A stretch of 39,763 bases of DNA from an uncultured Desulfobulbus sp. (GTDB lineage: Bacteria > Desulfobacterota > Desulfobulbia > Desulfobulbales > Desulfobulbaceae), in assembly GCA_964590715.1 (NCBI GenBank), contig CAZPXI010000001.1, positions 1-39,763 on the forward strand, in the 5' to 3' direction. Numbering within the stretch: the stretch's first letter is position 1; each line of letters begins with the position of its first letter. Below are positions 6,989 to 15,619 of the stretch, in pieces. Position numbers and translations under genes: made by a program. The notes under the pieces are model-generated. The model saw only the letters and a list, made by a program, of their open reading frames with translations. It ran no database searches and was not told the DNA's origin.

Positions 6989-9127
6989 ATGATTGATTTT
7001 ACTCAAGCTGATGTGCCGTCGGCACGGATTTTACCAAATCTAACCATCCTGGACCCTCAGGCTGCGTACTGGTTTAAGCAGGCTACTTTGCGGTTGCGCC
7101 GTGAAGTCGCATGGTGCTGGCAGCAGCGGACGCCGTTTCCCGACCCCTTAACCGGTGCACTCCCGCCGGCAACCGACGCGGCCGCTGAAAATCTTGATTT
7201 GATCCGATTCGAGAATCAAAAAGCTTATTTTTTTAATAATGACCCTGCAGCACGGTACCTGAGCGATCAGATTGCTCAATTAGCTGAAGCGGAGGATCCG
7301 GCTGCCTGCCGACCCTGGCCGTTCGATATCCCGGCCTTTACCGACGCCGGTCGGTTTGTCCTGGCATTAGGGCTTGCCGCCCGGTTTGACTCCGGAATCG
7401 GCCCTATCATCGCCACCTGCCTCAATGATCAAAATCGTCCATACCCGACCCTGGCCCTTGCTCAGCGGTTATGGGACGATCCCGGTGAAATCGTACCCTG
7501 CGGTGACCCGGATCATCCCCTGTTCCGCTATGGCCTGCTGGCCGACATCAATGATGCCGCCGGCCGGGTTTGGCAGCAGCCTTTGGATATGCCGTCCGTA
7601 ATCGCTCGTCAACTGGCCGACCCCGACAGTGATCCGCCCCATGGCATGTCCCTGCTCAGCAGGCGTGAACGACGAGATCTGAACAGTTCCGGGGAATTAC
7701 TCCTTGCACATCTTCTTGCCGACCATGGGGCCGGAATGCGGATCGTACCTTTGCTCGGGCCACGGCAGACATCATTTGCAGACTGGGCCTACACTCTAGG
7801 GCAACATCTTAACCGGCAGGTGGTGCAAGTGGACGACCGCTTACTCTCAGAGCCGCGTGATATACTTGCCACCGCCGGTTTCTGCAGGTTGCGCGGTCTG
7901 GATCTGCTCGTATCCGATCAGTGGGCCCGAGCTGATACGCTGATGGAGCGGATCCGGTCGCTTCTCTCCGCTCAATCGATTCCGCTACGCTGGTATGTTC
8001 CGGTTACGGATCAGAATCAACTGGGGCGCTTTCCCTCGCCCGTAGTTACCCCGCCGCTTAAGATAGCCGGCCTTTCCTTTGAACAGCGGCTGCAGAGGCT
8101 GAAGCGGGGGCTGGGCGGTCAGGCCGGGGAACTCACCGCCGCAGTGGAGGAATGCGCCAGACGTTTCCGGTTTCAGGAGCAGACCATTGACCGGGTTACC
8201 CATCTCTTCAGCGACAACAAAGTACGACTGACTGCGGAAACTCTTGCCGGAGCCTGCGCCAATGAGGCACTTATCGAGCTCAATAATCTGGCACAGCTGG
8301 TAACGCCTCGTTTTACAGTTAAGGAATTGATTTTGCCGGACGAGCAAACCCGGCAGTTCGAGGAAGTGCTTCATGCCATGCAGTCTTTGACCGTGGTGCA
8401 TTATCACTGGGGCACGGCCCGGGTCTGGAATGAGAGCGGCATTGCGGTTCTGTTTTGCGGAACGCCGGGCACCGGAAAAACCATGGCTGCCGAAGCACTG
8501 TCCCAGGCCCTGAATATACCGATGTACAGAATTGATCTGTCGCAGGTCGTGAATAAATATATTGGGGAAACCGAGAAAAATCTGAAAAAAATTTTTGATG
8601 CCGCTGAACTGAGCGACTGCATTTTATTTTTTGATGAAGCCGATGCCCTGTTCGGTAAACGGACCGAAGTCAAAGATGCACACGATCGGTTTGCCAACGT
8701 TGAGATCAGTTATCTGCTGGAGAGAATGGAACGGTTCAAGGGGCTGGCTATACTGGCAACAAATCGGCGTAAGGATCTTGATGATGCCTTTATGCGGCGA
8801 CTGCGCTTTGTCCTCGAATTTCCGATACCGGACGTGGCCGAGCGCCTTCAGATCTGGCAGCTCGTTTTTCCAAGCGGTGTGGACGTGAGCGATATTGATT
8901 TTAAATATCTGGCCAAACAGTTTCAGCTGTCAGGCGGACATATTCGTTCTATTGCCTTTAATGCCTGCCTGCGTGCAGCCGACACGGCCGAAGATACCGT
9001 TAAAGGCGGAAAGGTGGTGATGGTTGATCTGTTAATGGCAGTGAAAAGGGAACTGGAAAAAATAAACCGCACCGCAGATATCGAGCAGTTCGGTTCGTAC
9101 AGTCACCTCATCCGGGAGAGGACTTGA
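6989..9127 (+). CDS. AAA+ ATPase (Afp15/Pvc15-like eCIS ATPase)
   Basis: Walker A GTPGTGKT and Walker B ILFFDEADALFGKR, followed by ILATNRRKDLDDAFMRRLRF (sensor and Arg-finger region). A long (~470 aa) non-ATPase N-terminal region. Sits directly after the DUF4255 gene, as in eCIS loci. Confidence 0.9.
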   Translation: MIDFTQADVPSARILPNLTILDPQAAYWFKQATLRLRREVAWCWQQRTPFPDPLTGALPPATDAAAENLDLIRFENQKAYFFNNDPAARYLSDQIAQLAEAEDPAACRPWPFDIPAFTDAGRFVLALGLAARFDSGIGPIIATCLNDQNRPYPTLALAQRLWDDPGEIVPCGDPDHPLFRYGLLADINDAAGRVWQQPLDMPSVIARQLADPDSDPPHGMSLLSRRERRDLNSSGELLLAHLLADHGAGMRIVPLLGPRQTSFADWAYTLGQHLNRQVVQVDDRLLSEPRDILATAGFCRLRGLDLLVSDQWARADTLMERIRSLLSAQSIPLRWYVPVTDQNQLGRFPSPVVTPPLKIAGLSFEQRLQRLKRGLGGQAGELTAAVEECARRFRFQEQTIDRVTHLFSDNKVRLTAETLAGACANEALIELNNLAQLVTPRFTVKELILPDEQTRQFEEVLHAMQSLTVVHYHWGTARVWNESGIAVLFCGTPGTGKTMAAEALSQALNIPMYRIDLSQVVNKYIGETEKNLKKIFDAAELSDCILFFDEADALFGKRTEVKDAHDRFANVEISYLLERMERFKGLAILATNRRKDLDDAFMRRLRFVLEFPIPDVAERLQIWQLVFPSGVDVSDIDFKYLAKQFQLSGGHIRSIAFNACLRAADTAEDTVKGGKVVMVDLLMAVKRELEKINRTADIEQFGSYSHLIRERT

Positions 9128-9432
9128 TGATCAAAATCAATATTAACCGTGTCACGGTAGCACTCCATGGTGTGTCGGCCCAGGTCGTGGAATCGGCTGT
9201 CAAAGGTCTGGAAGAGGAATTGCATCGGCGGCTGGGTTCGCTGCCCCCGGGTATTTCGACAGATATTGATATCGGGGAATTGTCCCTCGGACCGGTACGG
9301 AATACAAGCGTACTTGATGGAGCCGCCCTGCGTGGAATCATTGCCGAGCAACTGGCCGGGGCTGTCAGGGCACGGTTTGCGGACATAACGTTGTCGGACA
9401 ACAGTACGACCGCTAGGGCAGGAGGTGGTTGA
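9127..9432 (+). CDS. Hypothetical small protein (101 aa)
   Basis: ATG 9127 overlaps the ATPase stop (TTGATGA) with a GGGAGAGGA RBS. Its stop overlaps the next start (TGATG). No motif recognised. Confidence 0.6.
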   Translation: MIKININRVTVALHGVSAQVVESAVKGLEEELHRRLGSLPPGISTDIDIGELSLGPVRNTSVLDGAALRGIIAEQLAGAVRARFADITLSDNSTTARAGGG

Positions 9433-10136
9433 TGTCGTTTTTTTTACGGGGGGCACTGGTGGAATACGGCAGTGATGTGCTGGGCCCTATCCCCAACATC
9501 GTGGTCTTTCAGTTCAATCCCGAACAGATCTCACGTACCCTGAATATGGCACAGTCTCCGTCCGCGTCTTCTCTGGAAAGTGCCAGACAGACCGAATCGC
9601 ACCAGACCGGCGCACCGCCGGTTGAAAGTTTTACTTTAACCGCGCATTTTTCAGCAGCCGACGATCTGGGTAAAGGCGGGGCGGCCGCCGTCGTTCCCAG
9701 GGTGTTCGGTATCGGTCCACAGTTGGCCGCGCTTGAAAAAATGGTGTATCCGGAAGGCGGTATTATCAGCGGCGCCATTGGGGCGGTTGTTGATGCCGTC
9801 GGTGATGCCCTGGGGTTGGGCGGCGATGAAGGTGAAGGGGCTACCAGGACGATTCCCCGGGAACAGACGCCGCGTATTTTGTTTATATGGGGTCCATCCA
9901 GGGTGTTGCCGGTTGAGATTAAATCCATGTCGATTACCGAGCAGAAATTTGATCCTCTGTTGAATCCGGTCCAGGCCGAGGTGTCCATCGGCCTGCAGAT
10001 TGCCGGTTTCCCGGATAATTCCGATGATACCATAGGCCGCGGTGCCTTGACTTATACCCAGACGGTAAAGGAGGCGCAGACGTTGTTGAATCTCGCCAAA
10101 TCGGTGGAGCCGGCAGTTGATATCGTACCCTTTTGA
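9432..10136 (+). CDS. CIS tube-fold / tube-initiator (Afp7-like N-terminal module) protein
   Basis: FLRGALVEYGSDVLGPIPNIVVFQFNPEQISRTL resembles the N-terminus of CIS tube-initiator proteins (the FQFNPE motif). AGGAGG lies 8 nt before ATG 9432. Located between the ATPase and spike genes. Confidence 0.7.
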   Translation: MSFFLRGALVEYGSDVLGPIPNIVVFQFNPEQISRTLNMAQSPSASSLESARQTESHQTGAPPVESFTLTAHFSAADDLGKGGAAAVVPRVFGIGPQLAALEKMVYPEGGIISGAIGAVVDAVGDALGLGGDEGEGATRTIPREQTPRILFIWGPSRVLPVEIKSMSITEQKFDPLLNPVQAEVSIGLQIAGFPDNSDDTIGRGALTYTQTVKEAQTLLNLAKSVEPAVDIVPF

Positions 10137-10153
10137 TTACCTGGGGAGAAAAC

Positions 10154-10426
10154 ATGTTTGGTAAGAATTCCCGTTATTACGGTTTAGCAACCGTCAAAAA
10201 CAAAGACAGGCAAGGGCGGGTTGTGCAGTCGATACAACTCCGCCGACTACCGCCGGCAAGCGGGGTTGAGACTGTAGTAACCGATGAGAGCCAACTTGAT
10301 GTCATGAGTGAACGGCAATACAAGGATGCCACACGTTTCTGGCATATTGCCGATGCCAACAGCGAGCTGGAAGCGGGTGAACTGGTTGCAGCCGCAGGCA
10401 GGATCATCAATGTACCAAAGAGATAG
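10154..10426 (+). CDS. LysM / P2 gpX-like small protein
   Basis: The C-terminal DVMSERQYKDATRFWHIADANSELEAGELVAAAGRIINVP fits the LysM/gpX pattern (Y..a..w..IA.aN....d.l..G..l.iP). GGGGAG lies before ATG 10154; the track start TTG 10133 is less likely. Confidence 0.55.
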   Translation: MFGKNSRYYGLATVKNKDRQGRVVQSIQLRRLPPASGVETVVTDESQLDVMSERQYKDATRFWHIADANSELEAGELVAAAGRIINVPKR

Positions 10427-10428
10427 TC

Positions 10429-11544
10429 ATGCCGGTTGCTGAGTTACGCCTGTTTCTGGATAACAATGCCGCCGGTGAAGACCAACTTGGCCTGTTCAGC
10501 GAGGTTCGGGTGGACCTGGCAATAGGCATGGCTGCCGAGGCGGAGTTGACCATGGATATCGGCACTGATGAAACCGGTCTGTGGTCCGGTATGGAGGAGG
10601 AGTTCGGCCGGCCGTTTTCCCGGGTCAGGCTGGAGGTGAAAATCCGCCGGGGTGATTTTGTCCCCTTGATCGACGGTCCCATTGTCGGTCGGCGTTTTGA
10701 GTTGAGTGCATCACCCAACAGCAGCAAAATGATACTGGTGGTACAGGATGACAGCGTACTCCTGAATCAGGTCGAGGAGGTTGTGTTGTTTGAAGATAAA
10801 GAGCCGGACCAGATAGCCCGGACCCTGTTTTCGCAATATGGTTTGACTGCCCAAACCGATTCCGTCTCCGTCGCTGCCGGCGGTTTGACTCGTTGTACCG
10901 TACAGCGCGGTACGGCCATGCATCTGCTGCGGGAACTGGCCCGCCGCAACGGCATGTTTGTTTATGTACAGCCGGGTGATTCACCGGGAAACAGTATCGG
11001 GGTGTTTAAAAGGCCCGATTTGTCAAGTAGTGATTATCCCGATCTGCTGCTCACCGGAGCGGCCCGTAATATAAATACTTTCAGCGCCGATTTTGACGGA
11101 TTGCGGCCCCTTACGGCCCGGGCCGATACGGTCGATATCACGAACCTGAGCCAGGTGACCAGTGAAACTCAAGAAAGCAATATCGAGCCGCAGGGCGATG
11201 AAGCGGTCCATGATATTCTTGAAGCAGGCAGGGCTTTGCTGGCCCGGACCGGAGCGGAAGAAACAGATCTTGAAGCGGCAACAACTGCAGCAGTGAATCA
11301 TTCGAGCTGGGCGTATTCCGCCAGTGCCGAAGTAGTGGCTGATAATTATAATGGTGTGCTGAGGCCGTATACGGTGATCAAGGTAACCGGTGTCGGCGGC
11401 TATCTGAGCGGTGACTGGTTGATCAGCAAGGTCACCCATACAATAAACGATGCCGGTTATAAACAACAGTTTTCCCTGCGGCGCAATGCGAGGTCCGGCG
11501 GGGCCAACAGCAATGGCGGCGGGGTCGGAGGAGGTATTTTTTAG
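10429..11544 (+). CDS. Phage late control gpD / VgrG-like baseplate hub protein
   Basis: 371 aa. VQDDSVLLNQVEE, PDQIARTLFSQYGLTAQTDS and VQRGTAMHLLRELARRNGMFVYVQPGD match the gpD family pattern. Gly-rich C-terminus. Confidence 0.8.
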   Translation: MPVAELRLFLDNNAAGEDQLGLFSEVRVDLAIGMAAEAELTMDIGTDETGLWSGMEEEFGRPFSRVRLEVKIRRGDFVPLIDGPIVGRRFELSASPNSSKMILVVQDDSVLLNQVEEVVLFEDKEPDQIARTLFSQYGLTAQTDSVSVAAGGLTRCTVQRGTAMHLLRELARRNGMFVYVQPGDSPGNSIGVFKRPDLSSSDYPDLLLTGAARNINTFSADFDGLRPLTARADTVDITNLSQVTSETQESNIEPQGDEAVHDILEAGRALLARTGAEETDLEAATTAAVNHSSWAYSASAEVVADNYNGVLRPYTVIKVTGVGGYLSGDWLISKVTHTINDAGYKQQFSLRRNARSGGANSNGGGVGGGIF

Positions 11545-12260
11545 TGGAAGGAACATCCGTGGAACGACTGGTGGTAGAACTTGCCGAGCAGAATCGCAAC
11601 CGGTTTTACGGCAAGTACCGCGGCGTGGTCAGCAATGTGGACGACCCGGAAAGTATGGGGCGTCTGAGAGCGACTGTCCCGGAAGTACTTGGTGATGTGG
11701 AGTCGCCATGGGCTCTCCCCTGTGCGCCGTATTCAGGAGACGGGGTTGGAATGTATGCCGTGCCGCCGGTAGGTTCGGGCGTCTGGATTGAATTTGAAGC
11801 AGGGGATCCTGCCCGGCCGATCTGGGCGGGCTGCTGGTGGGGGAGGAATCAGCTTCCCTGTGATGAGGAGGGCACCGATGCCGCACCTCCCGTCAAGATT
11901 ATCCGCACCGAGAGCGGTACTCTGCTGACCATGGATGATAACCGGCAGGTAATCAGTCTCAGTGATGAAAACGGCGACAATATTTTAAAGATCGAAGTAA
12001 TGCAGGGCAAGATAACGGTACGGGGTAATGTCAAGGCGGTGGTGGAAGCACCACAGATTGAGCTGGTGGAAAACGCCACGCACCCGGTGGTATTTGGTGA
12101 TGAATTGATGACCTATTTGAGTCAACTGGTTGCCTTATATCAGGCCCATACCCATCCCGGTGAGACGGTTCTCGGTATTCCGGTTACCCCGGCGCCGCCG
12201 GTACCGCCGTTTCAAGCTCCGATGCCGACATTGATTTCCACCAGGGTAAAAGCTGGATAA
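11544..12260 (+). CDS. gpV / gp5 OB-fold central spike protein
   Basis: NRFYGKYRGVVSNVDDPESMGRLRATVPEVLGDVESPWALPCAPYSG and GSGVWIEFEAGDPARPIWAGCWW are typical of the baseplate-assembly-protein-V N-domain. GTG start overlaps the upstream TAG (TAGTG), with GGAGGAGG 8 nt upstream. Confidence 0.85.
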   Translation: MEGTSVERLVVELAEQNRNRFYGKYRGVVSNVDDPESMGRLRATVPEVLGDVESPWALPCAPYSGDGVGMYAVPPVGSGVWIEFEAGDPARPIWAGCWWGRNQLPCDEEGTDAAPPVKIIRTESGTLLTMDDNRQVISLSDENGDNILKIEVMQGKITVRGNVKAVVEAPQIELVENATHPVVFGDELMTYLSQLVALYQAHTHPGETVLGIPVTPAPPVPPFQAPMPTLISTRVKAG

Positions 12261-12271
12261 AGGACAGGCTC

Positions 12272-12658
12272 ATGACTCTGAAACCAGGCAGTTTTGATGA
12301 TTTCCTCGGCAGTATGGCGGCAGCCATGGAAGAGGCCTTTCAGGAGGAATGGCTGAAGGCGAAGTCTACATCGCTTCCGGAGGCAGGCGAGGAGGATCGG
12401 AAGATCCTTTTCGCCGCCATTTCCAGAGGAGTGGTCGAGCATCTGAAGCACAATGCCGGTGCTGCATTTAAGATCGCGGTGCAGACTACCCAGGCCGATA
12501 CCGTGTTGATGGAAAGTGATAACCCCGCCGGTATCAGTGTTTCCGGCGGCGGAACCATTGCGCCGGGAGCAGCGGATGTCAGGCAGAAAAGTTCAGCGGC
12601 CAATATGGTGGTCAGTGTCGGTCATGGAACGATTACGGAGGTTATAACTGATGAATAA
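12272..12658 (+). CDS. Hypothetical protein (128 aa) between spike and gp25
   Basis: Co-directional ORF in the operon. No PAAR-like or other motif recognised. Confidence 0.6.
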   Translation: MTLKPGSFDDFLGSMAAAMEEAFQEEWLKAKSTSLPEAGEEDRKILFAAISRGVVEHLKHNAGAAFKIAVQTTQADTVLMESDNPAGISVSGGGTIAPGAADVRQKSSAANMVVSVGHGTITEVITDE

Positions 12659-12688
12659 GTCTACATGCCTGTCCGGAGGATTTGAAAA

Positions 12689-13057
12689 ATGAGCGGCAGG
12701 CACCTGGCATTTCCATTTCATGTCGGTTCCGACGGCCGCACTGCGACTCCTTCCGATATTGATGCTCATGTGCGGGGTGAGATCATTCAACTGTTGCTCA
12801 CCAATCCCGGCGAACGACCATTTCTGCCGTCTTTCGGGGGAGGTTTGCGGCGGATAGTGTTTGAAGGGAATAATGATGTGACCGTTGGCCTGGCCAAGGC
12901 AACCATAAGCCAGGCCATCAGCTACTGGCTCAGGGAACGGGTTGAACTCCTGGCGTTTAATGTGGAGGCGGACGAGGCCACTCTGAACGTGGATTTGAGT
13001 TATCGGGTGATTGCAACGGGCGTAGAGAAACAGCTGCGTTTTCAGCATATTGTATAG
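12689..13057 (+). CDS. GPW/gp25-family baseplate wedge protein
   Basis: LAFPFHVGSDGRTA, VRGEIIQLLLTNPGERPFLPSFGGGLRRIVFE is the gp25 signature. GGAGG RBS present. Confidence 0.9.
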   Translation: MSGRHLAFPFHVGSDGRTATPSDIDAHVRGEIIQLLLTNPGERPFLPSFGGGLRRIVFEGNNDVTVGLAKATISQAISYWLRERVELLAFNVEADEATLNVDLSYRVIATGVEKQLRFQHIV

Positions 13058-13066
13058 GTGTACGGG

Positions 13067-15619
13067 ATGACCGAATTATTTGACATGGAATTGCTGGAAG
13101 ACCGGGCCGCCGACCTTGAAGGCAGGGGATACAACGGCATCAGCCGCATCTTTGTCACCCTGAATGCCGCCGCCGATCCGGCCTATGCAATTCTGGATGT
13201 CGAATTTTTTAACGATCTGTTTTTAGCCGCAATCCTTGACAAAATTAATGTGCAGGGAGTTGCACCGGTCGATATCTTCAGCATCAAAGGCGGTTCGCGT
13301 ATTCCGGCCGGCAGCGGCCCCGGCCGGGTGCAGGTCACAGCCGTTGCTGCAGGCAGCGGATCAAAATACCTCCAGTTGAGAGTACTGCCCATCGGCGATT
13401 ACTCCACCTACGGGTTAATGGTGTCCCACCGTGATGTGGTGCTGGACACCAACGGTAATCCGGTACTCAATGGTGACGGCACTCCACTCCTCGAAAGCAA
13501 AATCGATCCGCTTTTTGCAGAGAAAAAGTTCAAGTTTCGGCCGGGTTGCTTTAACAGCAACTGTGCTCCGGTCGGCAAGCAGGAGCCGACGACCGGAGAA
13601 CCGGTCATAGATTATCTGGCCAAAGACTTTGATTCGTTCAAACACGTGCTGATCAATGCCATGCAGGTGCGGGTGCCGAACTGGCAGCCGACCAGCGAGG
13701 CTGATCTCGACCAGGTTTTGATTGATCTCATTGCCGCCGATGCGGATGAGCTCAGCGACTTTCAGGACCGGGTCATGAATGAAGCATACCTGGGACGGGC
13801 CAGAAAGCGGGTCTCGCTGGCCCGACATGCACGGTTGATGGATTATCATATCCACCAGGGAAACCAGGCCTCCACCCGGCTCGCCTTGAAAATGGTGGCT
13901 GATGACAACATACCCAGGGGCTTCGGGGTTTGGACCGGTGAAAAGTGGCAGGATGAGGATGAGGTTGTTTTCGTCAGTACCCATGATCAGCAATGCTTTG
14001 CAGCGCTTAATGAACTCCATCTCTATACCTGGAACGGCATTGTTACGGCACTTGAGACCGGCAGTGTCGAGGCTGATCTGCTGCCGCCCGGCGGGACGAC
14101 GAAAACGGCGGCTGAAGAACTGCTTACCCTGTTACGCCGTGACGATATCAGGATGCTTTCCATCGAAGAAAAGCTTAATCCTGAAACCGGCGGACAAAAC
14201 GGCCGGGACAAAACGGCGCGCCAACTCCTGCGCCTGCGCAACGGTGCTCAGGCCGCTGCTCTGGTGCATGATCCGGTGGAAGATGCCTGGCTGGTGCGGG
14301 TGTATTGGCAGGAGCAGGACAAGCTCACACGCCGCTACTGTTTTGTTACACAATGTCCGGCACAGCCCTCGCTGGAAGGAGTCAGTGCCTTTTGCGGTAA
14401 TCTGATTGAGGTCACGCACGGCAGGCCGCACAGGACCACTTTTAAGCCGCCGGGCACGCCTTTGAATCCGACGGACAACAGCGGGCTGGTGCATACCGGT
14501 GAAGTCTGGTTTGAGCTGCCGCCTGAAAAACGTTGGGGAACCCAATGCCCGCTGCCCTTAGCTCTTCTCGCCTATCGCAATACCGAACCCGGCGGTGATC
14601 AGCCTCCGAAATCTACTTTGGAAGTGGAGGTGAGTGGATTTTCCCGTCTGTGGGAGGAACAGAAGGATTTGATTGAGAGCGAATCTGGTGATACCCATTT
14701 TGTGGTTGAGACTGATGAATATGACCGAAGCACGATCCGGTTCGGAAATAATATAAACGGTCGTGGCCTGGATTCCGATGCCCGGGTTATCTGCCGGTAT
14801 CAGGTCGGCCGCGGTAGTGTCGGCAATATCGGGGCCGATACCCTTACCGGCTTTGATAACAGTGCCTCCGGTTATCCCAACGTGAAGGAAGTGTGGAATC
14901 CCTTTGATGTGACGGATGGACGGGATCCTGAGGAACCGGCTGTAATTATCCGTCGGGTGCCGCAGGCCTTCAGGTCAAAGCAGTTGCGAGCCGTCACCCT
15001 GGAAGATTATGCTAAGCGAGCTGAACAACTGCCCGGAGTATCCCATGCCAAGGCTCGATATAGCTGGACCGGCAGCTGGCGCACCGTACGGGTGGCGATT
15101 GATCCCAAAGGCACTGACCGGCTCAGTGAGGAACTGCGCCGGAAAGTGGAGAGGCATCTTGATGCGGTACGACTGATCGGCGAGGATCTGGAGGTGCGCG
15201 GTGCTCGTTATGTCGCCCTGGATATTTTCGTCAAGCTGTGTGTCCATTCCGATTATTGGCCTGAGGATCTGGCCTATGAGCTTGAACGTGAGTTTTCCGA
15301 CGACTACACCGCAGATGGACGCCAAGGATTTTTTCATCCTGATCTCTGGACATTCGGGCAGCCTGTTTACAGCAGTCAGTTGATCGGCCGTGCCCTGTCC
15401 GTCACCGGCGTGGAACGGGTGCTCCTGGTCAGTATGCGGCGCCGGCATTCGGGCAGCGGCGTCGGTGCTACGGTTGTCACCATCAATCCGGAAGATATGG
15501 TCCATGAAGAGACCGGAGTGCTGAACGTGGATCCTTTTGAAGTTATCCAGGTGGCAAATGATCCCAACCATCTTGAAAAAGGCAGTCTTCAGTTTGATCT
15601 TGCAGGAGGAAGGCAATAA
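13067..15619 (+). CDS. Baseplate J / gp6-like protein, paralogue 1
   Basis: IDYLAKDFDSFKHVLI, DLDQVLIDLIAADADELSDFQDRVMNEAYLGRA, YQVGRGSVGNIGADTL and LRAVTLEDYAKRAEQLPGVSHAKA fit the Baseplate_J pattern. The start could be GTG 13058 or ATG 13067; ATG preferred because AGGTG lies 6 nt upstream. Confidence 0.85.
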   Translation: MTELFDMELLEDRAADLEGRGYNGISRIFVTLNAAADPAYAILDVEFFNDLFLAAILDKINVQGVAPVDIFSIKGGSRIPAGSGPGRVQVTAVAAGSGSKYLQLRVLPIGDYSTYGLMVSHRDVVLDTNGNPVLNGDGTPLLESKIDPLFAEKKFKFRPGCFNSNCAPVGKQEPTTGEPVIDYLAKDFDSFKHVLINAMQVRVPNWQPTSEADLDQVLIDLIAADADELSDFQDRVMNEAYLGRARKRVSLARHARLMDYHIHQGNQASTRLALKMVADDNIPRGFGVWTGEKWQDEDEVVFVSTHDQQCFAALNELHLYTWNGIVTALETGSVEADLLPPGGTTKTAAEELLTLLRRDDIRMLSIEEKLNPETGGQNGRDKTARQLLRLRNGAQAAALVHDPVEDAWLVRVYWQEQDKLTRRYCFVTQCPAQPSLEGVSAFCGNLIEVTHGRPHRTTFKPPGTPLNPTDNSGLVHTGEVWFELPPEKRWGTQCPLPLALLAYRNTEPGGDQPPKSTLEVEVSGFSRLWEEQKDLIESESGDTHFVVETDEYDRSTIRFGNNINGRGLDSDARVICRYQVGRGSVGNIGADTLTGFDNSASGYPNVKEVWNPFDVTDGRDPEEPAVIIRRVPQAFRSKQLRAVTLEDYAKRAEQLPGVSHAKARYSWTGSWRTVRVAIDPKGTDRLSEELRRKVERHLDAVRLIGEDLEVRGARYVALDIFVKLCVHSDYWPEDLAYELEREFSDDYTADGRQGFFHPDLWTFGQPVYSSQLIGRALSVTGVERVLLVSMRRRHSGSGVGATVVTINPEDMVHEETGVLNVDPFEVIQVANDPNHLEKGSLQFDLAGGRQ

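Noticed and set aside
12272-12658. Could be the PAAR protein, because of its position.
   Set aside because: No PAAR-type repeats or the Cys/His pattern of PAAR domains. The sequence looks helical at the N-terminus. Left as hypothetical.
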